This document shows, piece after piece, positions 20,135 through 29,271 of a stretch of DNA of 48,326 nt (its first letter is position 1; each line of letters starts with the position of its first letter). The notes under the pieces were generated by a model. It was not told the DNA's origin, made no database searches, and was given only the letters and a program-made list of their open reading frames with translations. Where the stretch lies: assembly GCA_037134875.1 (NCBI GenBank), contig JBAXLH010000006.1:1-48326 (forward strand). Direction: 5' to 3'. Position numbers and translations under genes: made by a program. The stretch is from a bacterium. Lineage in GTDB: Bacteria; Patescibacteriota; Minisyncoccia; Phycocordibacterales; DATDWN01.

Positions 20135-21331
20135 ATGAAAAACACACTTGCTCAGTACAAACATATACTCTTTGTATGTGTTGGAATTATTTCTGCCATT
20201 ATTTTTTTCTTTGTATTGCCAAAAATTTTCACAGGACACTATGTACTCACAGGTAGTGCTGTGGCAACGCTTACTCAAAGTGCAGATGTGAAAAAAGATG
20301 TAACGCCGGTGTTTGTGCCGACGTACATAGCGACTCCTGTTCCAGTCAAAGGAATATATATGACGAGTTGGACTGCCGGTACGCCGTCTTTACGCGGAGC
20401 ACTGGTTAAACTCATTGATGACACAGAGCTCAACACAGTGGTCATTGATATAAAAGATTACTCGGGCAAAATTGTTTTTCCGATTGAAAATACGGACTTG
20501 AAAAAATTTGGCTCAGAGGAAGTACGTGTATCGGATATGCGAGACTTCGTAGAGTCTCTGCACAAAAAAGGCATCTATGTCATCGGACGTATCGCTGTGT
20601 TTCAGGATGCATATTTTGTAAAATATAAACCAGATTTGGCTGTCAAAAATAAAGCAGGGACGGCAGTGTGGAAAGACCGAAAGGGGATTTCGTGGATTGA
20701 TCCCGGCTCGCAGGAGTATTGGGATTATATTGTGCTCCTCGCACAGGAGACACGGAAGGTTGGGTTTGATGAAATAAATTTTGATTATATTCGTTTTCCG
20801 TCTGATGGAAATATGCAGGATATTTCGTATCCGTTTAGTAGTACGACGCCGAAAACAGTGGTAATGAAAAACTTTTTTGCCTATGTTACCGAACATCTGA
20901 AAAAAGGTGTAGCGAGTTCGTCTGCGCCAGAACTCAAGATTTCCGCCGACCTTTTTGGAATGGTGACGACGGCACAGGATGATATGGGTATCGGGCAGTA
21001 TCTAGAGAACGCTCTGCCATATTTTGACTACATAATGCCAATGGTGTATCCGTCACATTATCCGCCAACGTTTATTGGTTACAAAAATCCAGAAGCCTAT
21101 CCATACGAGGTAGTCAAATACGCAATGTCCGAGGCGGTCAAACGGGCAAATCTCGCAAGTACGAGTCCGGCGAAACTCCGTCCATGGCTCCAAGATTTTG
21201 GTTTGAAAATGACGTACGGCTCAGCCGAAGTCCGTGCACAGATCAAGGCAACGAATGACGTCGGACTCGACTCGTGGATTCTCTGGTCCGCTTCCAACAA
21301 ATATACGAAAGGCGCGTTGGATGCGAAATAA
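20135..21331 (+). CDS. Membrane-anchored putative glycoside hydrolase (DUF4015 TIM-barrel type)
   Basis: VKGIYMT, NTVVIDIKD, RIAVFQD, FDEINFDYIRFP, PMVYPSHY, RPWLQDF. Confidence 0.85.
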   Translation: MKNTLAQYKHILFVCVGIISAIIFFFVLPKIFTGHYVLTGSAVATLTQSADVKKDVTPVFVPTYIATPVPVKGIYMTSWTAGTPSLRGALVKLIDDTELNTVVIDIKDYSGKIVFPIENTDLKKFGSEEVRVSDMRDFVESLHKKGIYVIGRIAVFQDAYFVKYKPDLAVKNKAGTAVWKDRKGISWIDPGSQEYWDYIVLLAQETRKVGFDEINFDYIRFPSDGNMQDISYPFSSTTPKTVVMKNFFAYVTEHLKKGVASSSAPELKISADLFGMVTTAQDDMGIGQYLENALPYFDYIMPMVYPSHYPPTFIGYKNPEAYPYEVVKYAMSEAVKRANLASTSPAKLRPWLQDFGLKMTYGSAEVRAQIKATNDVGLDSWILWSASNKYTKGALDAK

Positions 21332-21344
21332 TAAGTTGAGATAG

Positions 21345-21469
21345 TTTCAAAACTCGTTGAAGCAGATTCTTTTTGGAGACTTCGGAGCGCGACGGCGCGA
21401 GATTGAGCGAAAGTCTAGCAAGACTTATCGCGTGCTCCAAAAAGGATGTGCTGAATAAGAGTTTTGAAA
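21345..21469 (+). repeat. Hairpin element copy 6 (divergent core, arms with internal loop)
   Basis: Arms tttcaaaactc..agcagattctttttggag/ctccaaaaaggatgtgct..gagttttgaaa; core gcgc-GACG-gcgc and gcga-aagtct-AGCA-agactt-A-tcgc. Confidence 0.85.
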
Positions 21470-21479
21470 TTAAGAACAA

Positions 21480-21623
21480 TGATTTGAATTCAGAAACTTT
21501 TATTCGACATATGTTTTTTGGAGTACGGATATTTGCCTGCTGGCAAATTCCTCAAGTCTCGGCTACCCGCCTGCGAAGCCTCCAAAAAACATATGTTCTC
21601 AACAAGTTTCTGAATTCAAATTA
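21480..21623 (-). repeat. Hairpin element copy 7 (divergent, adjacent and inverted to copy 6)
   Basis: Arms atttgaattcagaaactt..acatatgttttttggag/ctccaaaaaacatatgt..aagtttctgaattcaaat; minus-strand core gga-atttgcc-AGCA-ggcaaat-A-tccgt. Confidence 0.85.
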
Positions 21624-21663
21624 AATTTTTATTTCCTTTTCATTTATTGTATAATACACACAT

Positions 21664-23589
21664 ATGAGTGACTCCGCTGATGTAACATATTTCGCAGAGA
21701 CTGACGCGAGAAATAAAAAAGTAAAATTTGGCGTGAAGTCAAAGGACAGACTGCGACACGTGTACGTGATCGGAAAGACTGGTGTTGGAAAGTCTACACT
21801 TCTCGAAAATATGGCAATTCAGGATATCCAGAAAGGCGAGGGTATGGCTTTTATTGATCCACATGGAGGTACAGCAGAAAAACTTCTCGAGTATGTGCCA
21901 GAACACCGCATCAAAGATGTGCTCTATTTTGCGCCGTTTGATATGGAGTATCCGGTTTCGTTCAATGTTTTGCAGGACATTGGTCCGGACAAGAGACACC
22001 TCGTGGTTAACGGTCTTATGTCTACGTTCGAAAAGATTTGGGCGGATGCGTGGTCAGCCAGAATGTCATACATTTTGCAATACACAATTATTGCGCTCCT
22101 CGAATATCCCGGTGCGACGCTCCTCAGTATCAACAGAATGCTCTCAGACAAGGATTACCGCAAGAAAATTGTTGATAACATTACTGATCCGTCGTGCAAA
22201 TCTTTTTGGGTGGATGAGTTTGGAAAGTATACCGAGCGATTTGCTGCCGAGGCAACACCGGCAATCCAAAACAAAGTCGGACAATTTACATCAAACCCGC
22301 TCGTGCGAAATCTCATCGGTCAGCCGGACTCGTCTTTTGATATTCGCAAAATGATGGACGAGAAAAAGATAATGATTATCAACTTGTCCAAAGGGCGTGT
22401 GGGTGAGGGGAATGCAAACCTCATTGGTGCAATGCTCATCACAAAAATCTATCTCGCTGCTATGTCACGTGCGGACAAAAGTGATGCCGAGCTCGCAAAA
22501 CTTCCAAATTTTTATTTGTACGTTGACGAGTTTCAGTCATTTGCCAACAAATCATTCGCGGACATCCTCTCCGAAGCACGAAAATACAAACTCTCTCTCA
22601 ATATTGCACACCAATACATCGAACAAATGGAGGAGGAGGTTCGTGATGCAGTGTTTGGTAACGTCGGTACGATGGTGACGTTCCGAGTGGGTGCATTTGA
22701 CGCCGAGGTTTTGGAAAAAGAATTTGCTCCGACGTTTACCGCAGAGGATTTGGTCAATCTCGGATTTGCACAGATTTATCTCAAACTTATGATAGACGGC
22801 GTTTCTTCATCGCCATTTTCCGCCCGCACACTTGCACCGATCGCCAAGCCAGAGATTCGATACAAAGATCAAATCATACAGAGCTCCCGAGAACAATTCT
22901 CCAAACCTCGTGCTGAGGTAGAAGAAAATATTCGCAAATGGCACGAGCAGGGTATTCAAAAAGATGCAAAACCTGCGTCAAACAAAGATATTTCTCATAC
23001 ACACGAAGAACAAACTGAGGTGCGGAATGATAATTTTTCTCGACGAGAACACAAAAGACCAGAAACACAAAATCAAGTTTCTCCTATTCCACAAAACAAT
23101 AGACCAATTGCACAGAATGAACCACCAAAAGTTGACCCAAACAAGATTGCTTTTATGAAAGCAGCGGAAATGCTCCGCGAAAAAGAAGTCAAAGAAATAC
23201 CAAAGGTGCATGAAAAACCACAGACAGCTTCTCTTTCTAATTTGGCACACGAACAAGATAGAAAAAAAGTTCCAACCAAAGAAAATATATCGAGTCTCAA
23301 GGATGCCTTGTCTCAGGTAATTAATAACAAACCAAAAGGGTTTCAGGAAAAGCCAAGAACGGAAATTCCTCCGAGACCGAGACCGCAAGAGACACCAAAG
23401 GTAGAACAAAAATCCGAATATATTAAACAAGAAAATTCTCCAATCACAAAACCTCATCATACTGAGCCGAGAAAGGAAGAAAGAAAACCGGAGCAACATG
23501 AGAAAAAAGAGACAGAAACCAATCCATCAAAAAATGAAGTGCCAGAGGATGTTCTCCGCAAACTGCTCACAATGGAAGATACACAATAA
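21664..23589 (+). CDS. TraD/VirD4 (T4CP)/HerA-like P-loop ATPase with long low-complexity C-terminal tail
   Basis: RHVYVIGKTGVGKS, FIDPHG, LYVDEFQ, SEARKY, AHQYIEQ; last ~210 aa rich in E/K/P/Q. Confidence 0.85.
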   Translation: MSDSADVTYFAETDARNKKVKFGVKSKDRLRHVYVIGKTGVGKSTLLENMAIQDIQKGEGMAFIDPHGGTAEKLLEYVPEHRIKDVLYFAPFDMEYPVSFNVLQDIGPDKRHLVVNGLMSTFEKIWADAWSARMSYILQYTIIALLEYPGATLLSINRMLSDKDYRKKIVDNITDPSCKSFWVDEFGKYTERFAAEATPAIQNKVGQFTSNPLVRNLIGQPDSSFDIRKMMDEKKIMIINLSKGRVGEGNANLIGAMLITKIYLAAMSRADKSDAELAKLPNFYLYVDEFQSFANKSFADILSEARKYKLSLNIAHQYIEQMEEEVRDAVFGNVGTMVTFRVGAFDAEVLEKEFAPTFTAEDLVNLGFAQIYLKLMIDGVSSSPFSARTLAPIAKPEIRYKDQIIQSSREQFSKPRAEVEENIRKWHEQGIQKDAKPASNKDISHTHEEQTEVRNDNFSRREHKRPETQNQVSPIPQNNRPIAQNEPPKVDPNKIAFMKAAEMLREKEVKEIPKVHEKPQTASLSNLAHEQDRKKVPTKENISSLKDALSQVINNKPKGFQEKPRTEIPPRPRPQETPKVEQKSEYIKQENSPITKPHHTEPRKEERKPEQHEKKETETNPSKNEVPEDVLRKLLTMEDTQ

Positions 23590-23593
23590 CTTT

Positions 23594-24757
23594 ATGAACA
23601 AAAAAAATATTCTGATTTTTTCTACGGCGTACTATCCATTTGTTGCAGGAGCCGAAGTTGCAATAAAAGAAATTACTGATCGACTCACTACCGATTATGA
23701 ATTTGATCTTATTACCGCAAAAATGGCCAAAAATCTGGCTGATTTTGAGCGAGTGGGAAATGTAAATGTGTACAGAATAGGAAGTGGCCGACCGATGCTC
23801 GATAAACTCCTCTTGCCTTTTCGAGGTGCGTTGCAAGTGCTGAAATTGCAAAAAGAAAAAAAATACCACTGTTTTTGGGCAGTAATGGTTACATTCGGTA
23901 GTGGTGCTGCCTACATTGCAAACATTTTAAGTGTATTAAATAACAGAGGAAAGGTTCCGATTGTGTTAAATTTGCAAGAAGGCGACTCCGAAGAACATTT
24001 GAAATTCAAGTGGGGAGGGCTCATTGCTTTTTCATGGTGGATTGCTCTTAAAAATACAGATTTTCTGACTGTGCTCAGTTCATTTTTGCTCCAGAGAGCA
24101 AAAAGTTTTTGTTATAATGGAAAAGCGTTGATTGTTCCAAACGGTGTTGATACGGCACATTTCTCTCATCTTTTTTCCGAAGAAGAAAAAAAAGTTGTTG
24201 CAGAGCGACTTCAAAAAAAAGAGCACGATATTTTTTTGGTTACAGCATCACGGCTCGTAAAGAAAAACGCGGTGGATGATATTATATCAGCGCTTGTGTA
24301 CTTGCCAAGAAATATTTTTTTGATTGTGATCGGAAAAGGGGAAGAGGGATGTAGACTTCAGGCACAGGCGGTCAGACTCGGGGTTGATAAAAGAGTGAAA
24401 TTTTTGGGTTTTATTCCTCATGACGAAATGCCGAAATATTTTTCAGTTTGTGATATATTTGTGAGACCGAGTCGATCAGAAGGTTTTGGTAATTCATTTA
24501 TTGAGGCGATGGCTGCGAGACTACCGGTCATTGCTACACCGGTTGGTGGAATTACAGACTTTTTGGACGACAAGGAGACTGGAATTTTTTGTTCACCAAA
24601 TAATCCAAAAAGCTTGGCAGAGACGGTTATGTTTTTGCTCGAGAATGAAAGTTTGGAAGCAAAAATTGTCGGTGGAGCATACGAGAGGGTTATTTCAACA
24701 TACGACTGGTCTCTCATTGCTCAAAAAATGAAAAATGAAGTATTTGAAAAAATATAA
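23594..24757 (+). CDS. Glycosyltransferase family 4 (GT-B)
   Basis: GAE, IVPNGVD, PSRSEGFGNSFIEAMA (E-x7-E). Confidence 0.92.
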   Translation: MNKKNILIFSTAYYPFVAGAEVAIKEITDRLTTDYEFDLITAKMAKNLADFERVGNVNVYRIGSGRPMLDKLLLPFRGALQVLKLQKEKKYHCFWAVMVTFGSGAAYIANILSVLNNRGKVPIVLNLQEGDSEEHLKFKWGGLIAFSWWIALKNTDFLTVLSSFLLQRAKSFCYNGKALIVPNGVDTAHFSHLFSEEEKKVVAERLQKKEHDIFLVTASRLVKKNAVDDIISALVYLPRNIFLIVIGKGEEGCRLQAQAVRLGVDKRVKFLGFIPHDEMPKYFSVCDIFVRPSRSEGFGNSFIEAMAARLPVIATPVGGITDFLDDKETGIFCSPNNPKSLAETVMFLLENESLEAKIVGGAYERVISTYDWSLIAQKMKNEVFEKI

Positions 24758-24765
24758 AATGCAAG

Positions 24766-24880
24766 ACTTCTCTCATAAAAATACAATTTCAAAAACATTG
24801 CGAGCGCGACGGCGCGAACACGAGGAAAATTTTAGCAAAAATTTATCCGTTTTTTGAAATTGTATTTTTATGAGAGAAGT
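24766..24880 (+). repeat. Hairpin element copy 8 (perfect 30-bp arms)
   Basis: Arm 24766-24795 is the exact reverse complement of 24851-24880; core cattgcgagcgcgacggcgcgaacacgaggaaaattttagcaaaaatttatccgt. Confidence 0.92.
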
Positions 24881-24895
24881 TCTCTATATAATTTT

Positions 24896-25906
24896 ATGAA
24901 AATAATCATTGCAACAGGTATTTATCCGCCCGAAATAGGAGGTCCATCAGAATACGCTCGACAGCTTTTTGAGACCCTTATTATTCAAAATCACGATGTA
25001 CAGGTGGTCACATACGGCGAGCTCAAGCAATTTCCTACTGGTCTCAGACACATATTGTATTTTTGTAAACTTACAATGGAAGCAATATCTGCTGACTATA
25101 TTATTGCACTCGATACATTCAGTGTAGCTCTGCCGGCACTTGTCTTTTCAAAACTGTTTGGCAAAAAAATGATTGTGCGAGTTGCGGGAGATTTTCTATG
25201 GGAATCATACGTATCAAGAACACATGAAGATGTGTTACTTTCAAAATTTTATTCAGTTCCACGAGAATACACACTCAAGGAAAAAATCATTTCAATTTTG
25301 ACTCGTCTGGTTTTTGCGTTTTCCTCGGCAATTGTGTTTAGTACAGAATGGCAAAAAAATATTATGATGAAGCCATACAATCTTTTTCGAAAGAAAACAT
25401 ATGTTATTGAAAACTTTTTCCCAGAAAGTGTTGCGCAGAAGGAATTTTCTTATGATAAAAAAATATTTCTCTCTCCATCTCGTGATATTCATATAAAAAA
25501 TAAAGAGCGTCTGATGCAGGCTTTTCAAAAAGCGAAGGAGAGATACGAAGATATCGAACTTGTCACAAATACAGTGTCACGCGAAGTTTTGATGGAAAAA
25601 ATGAAAGATGCGTATGCTGTACTCGTCACTTCGTTTTCAGAAGTTAGCCCAAACTTGGTTATGGATGCCTTGCAATATTCTGTACCAGTTGTTGTGACTG
25701 AGGATACGGGTATAGCGGAGAAACTCAAAGATATGGCGATTTTTGTTAATCCATTTTCAACAGATGAGATTGCTCTAGGAATAGAAAAACTTTTGGACAA
25801 AAGTTTTTATGATGCTTACAGACACCGAATAATGATGAATACCTACAAACACTCATGGAATGAAATTGCACAGGAATTTCTCGATGTATATGAAAAAATA
25901 AAATGA
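24896..25906 (+). CDS. Glycosyltransferase family 4
   Basis: MKIIIATGIYPPEIGGP; SFSEVSPNLVMDAL; start moved to 24896 because the upstream frame runs through the repeat arm. Confidence 0.85.
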   Translation: MKIIIATGIYPPEIGGPSEYARQLFETLIIQNHDVQVVTYGELKQFPTGLRHILYFCKLTMEAISADYIIALDTFSVALPALVFSKLFGKKMIVRVAGDFLWESYVSRTHEDVLLSKFYSVPREYTLKEKIISILTRLVFAFSSAIVFSTEWQKNIMMKPYNLFRKKTYVIENFFPESVAQKEFSYDKKIFLSPSRDIHIKNKERLMQAFQKAKERYEDIELVTNTVSREVLMEKMKDAYAVLVTSFSEVSPNLVMDALQYSVPVVVTEDTGIAEKLKDMAIFVNPFSTDEIALGIEKLLDKSFYDAYRHRIMMNTYKHSWNEIAQEFLDVYEKIK

Positions 25907-27036
25907 AAGTCCTTACTATTGGATCAGACAGAAAATTGTTTGAAGAGGGAAGCGAAGTTTTGAATCGTGTCCTTTTGTATGCCGGGAAAATGAAAGAACT
26001 TCATATTATTGTATTCTCAAACAAAAAAAGTAATTTACAGATAAAAAAGATACACAATCTCTCTCTGTATCCAACAAATTCACGAAGTAAATTGAGTTAT
26101 GTCTCTGATGCATACAGGCTCGGCAAAAAAATAATTAGAGAAAATAATTTTGAGAAAAGTAATGCTGTCATCTCAACTCAGGATCCGTTTGAAGCGGGAC
26201 TTGTTGGGCTACTTCTCAAAAAGATGTTTGATTTGAAGCTACAGGTTCAGTGTCACACAGATTTTTCTAGTCCAGAATTTTATAACTCTTTTCTCAATCG
26301 TATTCGAGGAGTTATTGCTAGGTTTGTCATTCCTCGATGCGATAGTATTCGTGTTGTCAGTGGAAAAGTGGCGCATTCAATTGAAAAAAAATTTCCAAAT
26401 TTAAAATCTCATATTGAAGTATTGCCAATTTTTGTTGATATCGAGAGACTCAGAAATGCGCCAATAACGGACAATCTCAAAGAAAAGTTTCCTCAATTTG
26501 ATTTTATTTTCTTTATGGCATCACGATTGACCCCAGAAAAAAATATATATCTCGCATTGAGTGCGTTTGCAGAAGTTGTAAAGAAATTTCCAAAAACAGG
26601 CCTTGTGATTGCAGGGGAGGGTTCAGAACTTAAAAATTTGAAAAAATGTATTGATGAAAAATCTCTTTCAAATAATATAATTTTTATTGGTTGGCAACAG
26701 ACGCTCGCTTCATTCTACAAGACAGCTGATGCGTTTCTTTTAACCTCCAATTTCGAAGGATACGGGATGACACTTGTCGAAGCGGTCGCATGTGGTTGTC
26801 CAGTTATTACAACTGATGTTGGAATTGCGAGTGAATTATTCAAAGGGAACGAAAATAATTTTATTTGCCCTGTTGGTTCTGTGGATTGCTTTGTTTCAAA
26901 AATGTCTGAAATAATTTCTGACGAAAATAAAAAACAATTATTGAAAAAATTGGTACAGGACAGTATCACAGCTACTTTTTCAAAAGAAGAATATGTGAAT
27001 AGATATGTGGGGTTACTTAATGCTATACTTGAATAA
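25903..27036 (+). CDS. Glycosyltransferase family 4
   Basis: SRLTPEKN, SNFEGYGMTLVEAVACGCPVI. Confidence 0.9.
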   Translation: MKVLTIGSDRKLFEEGSEVLNRVLLYAGKMKELHIIVFSNKKSNLQIKKIHNLSLYPTNSRSKLSYVSDAYRLGKKIIRENNFEKSNAVISTQDPFEAGLVGLLLKKMFDLKLQVQCHTDFSSPEFYNSFLNRIRGVIARFVIPRCDSIRVVSGKVAHSIEKKFPNLKSHIEVLPIFVDIERLRNAPITDNLKEKFPQFDFIFFMASRLTPEKNIYLALSAFAEVVKKFPKTGLVIAGEGSELKNLKKCIDEKSLSNNIIFIGWQQTLASFYKTADAFLLTSNFEGYGMTLVEAVACGCPVITTDVGIASELFKGNENNFICPVGSVDCFVSKMSEIISDENKKQLLKKLVQDSITATFSKEEYVNRYVGLLNAILE

Positions 27037-27051
27037 CACATATTCATTATT

Positions 27052-27474
27052 ATGAAATTTCTTACAAAACATTTGGTTGTTCGATATGTTATATCAGGTG
27101 GAACATCGGCGTCTGTAAATATCGCTATACTGTCTATTTTGTATTACATTTTTCATATGTATTATTTGCTTGCCTCTGTGTTTGCATTTATCGTAGCTTT
27201 TTTTGTTAGTTTGGTTTTACAAAAGTTTTGGACATTTAGAGATCATTCAACAAAAGATATGCATTTGCAGATTGGTAAATATCTAGTATCCTCACTTTTC
27301 GGTCTCGCAATAAACACGGCACTTCTATATATATTTGTTGATCATTTTCATTTCTATGTGTTTCTCGGACAAGTTTTCGCTGGTATAATTACCGCAAGTA
27401 TTACATTTTTCATATCTCGCAATCACGTGTTTACAAACGGCGAACATTTTAGTGGGAACAAAGAAATAATATGA
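27052..27474 (+). CDS. GtrA family membrane protein (lipid-linked sugar flippase-like)
   Basis: RYVISGG, QKFWTF, four TMs. Confidence 0.88.
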   Translation: MKFLTKHLVVRYVISGGTSASVNIAILSILYYIFHMYYLLASVFAFIVAFFVSLVLQKFWTFRDHSTKDMHLQIGKYLVSSLFGLAINTALLYIFVDHFHFYVFLGQVFAGIITASITFFISRNHVFTNGEHFSGNKEII

Positions 27475-28496
27475 AGCTTCTTATTTTTACTCAAGAAATG
27501 GACAAAAATGACGCAATACTCGGATTTTTCTGTGGATGGGTTACGAGACTTTCAAAAGAATATGAATCAATTCATGTTATTTGTCTCGAGGAGGGCGAAC
27601 ATTCCCTTCCTGAAAATGTGACTGTGTATTCTCTTGGTAAAGAGGAGGGTGTGGGTAAAATGGGGTATGTTCTTCATGCGTGTCAGCATTTGTATTCAGT
27701 GAGGGGGGAATATGATCGGGTTTTTGTACATATGAATCAGGAGTATATACTGCTTTTTGGTTGGTATTGGAAAATGAAAATGATTCCAGTCTATATGTGG
27801 CGCAACCATCCATATGGAAATCTGTTGACGCATATTGCAATAGGTCTCTCAAAAAAAGTTTTTTGTACATCTACTCAGTCGTTTACAGCGCGTTTCAAAA
27901 AGACTGTTATAATGCCGGTCGGAGTTGATACCTCTGTATACAAGCCAAATCCTGCAATTGGTCGCAAGAAAAATTCAATCTGTATGATTGGGCGTATTGC
28001 ACCGATAAAAAATATTGATCTCGCTTTGATTGCTGTAAAAATTTTGATTGACTCTGGTTTTCAAACATCTCTGACTATTGTCGGGTCTTGTCTTGAAAGA
28101 GATAGAGAATATTATAATTCTCTCAAAACATTTGTGTCGGACAATAAACTGGCATCATATATTATTTTTATAGACGAAGTTGCTCCATCAAAAATTCCCG
28201 ATATTTATAATGAACATCGAATTTGTCTCAATTTGACTCAGAGTGGTTCGTTTGATAAAACAATTGTTGAGTCGGCTGCGTGCGGTCTTATTCCGATTGT
28301 TTCCAACGATTCACTCAGAGGTCTTTTGCCAGATTCCTGTATCACCACAAGTGATCCAAAGAAAATTGCTAATTCTATACAAGAAGTGTTAAGTACTCCA
28401 ACCTTACTTGAAACACAAAAAGAGTTGGAAAAATTTTCAAAAGAACAAAGTCTCGGAGAACTTATGCGTAAACTGGTTGTGGAAATGAATTCATAA
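27471..28496 (+). CDS. Glycosyltransferase family 4
   Basis: GRIAPIKN, GSFDKTIVESAACG. Confidence 0.85.
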   Translation: MKLLIFTQEMDKNDAILGFFCGWVTRLSKEYESIHVICLEEGEHSLPENVTVYSLGKEEGVGKMGYVLHACQHLYSVRGEYDRVFVHMNQEYILLFGWYWKMKMIPVYMWRNHPYGNLLTHIAIGLSKKVFCTSTQSFTARFKKTVIMPVGVDTSVYKPNPAIGRKKNSICMIGRIAPIKNIDLALIAVKILIDSGFQTSLTIVGSCLERDREYYNSLKTFVSDNKLASYIIFIDEVAPSKIPDIYNEHRICLNLTQSGSFDKTIVESAACGLIPIVSNDSLRGLLPDSCITTSDPKKIANSIQEVLSTPTLLETQKELEKFSKEQSLGELMRKLVVEMNS

Positions 28497-28500
28497 TCCA

Positions 28501-29214
28501 ATGTATAAAGCAAAAAAAGTTAGTGTAGTTATACCAACATACAACGAAGCAGAATCCATCAGATCTGTGGTAGATGGTTTTTTTGGTACTGGAGTTGTAG
28601 ATGAGGTTGTGGTGGTAGACAACAACGCCCTCGGAAATACACGAGAGGAAATAGAAAAAACAAAAGCAAGAAGGGTGGTAGAAACAAAACAAGGATATGG
28701 TAATGCTCTGATGCGAGGACTCAAGGAAGCGACAGGTGATCTTATTATTATGTGTGAGGCAGACGGTACATTTGATCCGGACGATATTCATAAATTTTTG
28801 GAATATAGCAATAATTTTCCTGTTGTGTTTGGAACGCGAACATCACGAGCGTCGATTTGGTCCGGCGCATTTATGCCTTTCTCGGTGCGTTTCGGCAATT
28901 GGGCGGTAGCAAAAGTATTGGAAATTCTTCACAACGGCTCGACGTTTACAGATGTTGGTTGTACATACAAACTTATCTCTCGGCAAGCGCTGAAACAAAT
29001 CATTCCTCTTTTTCCTATGTCAAAAGGGGATGGCACATTTTCTCCAGAATTTATGATTTGGACTATACGAAAAAATTTTGTTCCAATAGAGATACCGGTA
29101 ATGTTTAAACCGCGGGTAGGGAAGTCAATGTATACCGGTAATGTTCGAAAAGCAGCCATTCTTGGATTCAAAATGATCCCTCTTATCATCAAATACAGAT
29201 TCAAAAACTTCTAA
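28501..29214 (+). CDS. Glycosyltransferase family 2 (polyprenol-phosphate glycosyltransferase-like)
   Basis: SVVIPTYNE, VVDNN, GYGNA, EADG, R.G.S. Confidence 0.9.
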   Translation: MYKAKKVSVVIPTYNEAESIRSVVDGFFGTGVVDEVVVVDNNALGNTREEIEKTKARRVVETKQGYGNALMRGLKEATGDLIIMCEADGTFDPDDIHKFLEYSNNFPVVFGTRTSRASIWSGAFMPFSVRFGNWAVAKVLEILHNGSTFTDVGCTYKLISRQALKQIIPLFPMSKGDGTFSPEFMIWTIRKNFVPIEIPVMFKPRVGKSMYTGNVRKAAILGFKMIPLIIKYRFKNF

Positions 29215-29271
29215 ATTCATAGGTTTGTCAAGAATTCTTTTTTCTTATTTTGTGCTAGTATTTGTTTTAAT

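Noticed and set aside
21664-23589. T4CP-like ATPase as evidence of a conjugative element or ICE
   Set aside because: No relaxase, VirB4, mating-pair genes, integrase or att sites are seen; stand-alone ATPases of this type are common in CPR chromosomes.
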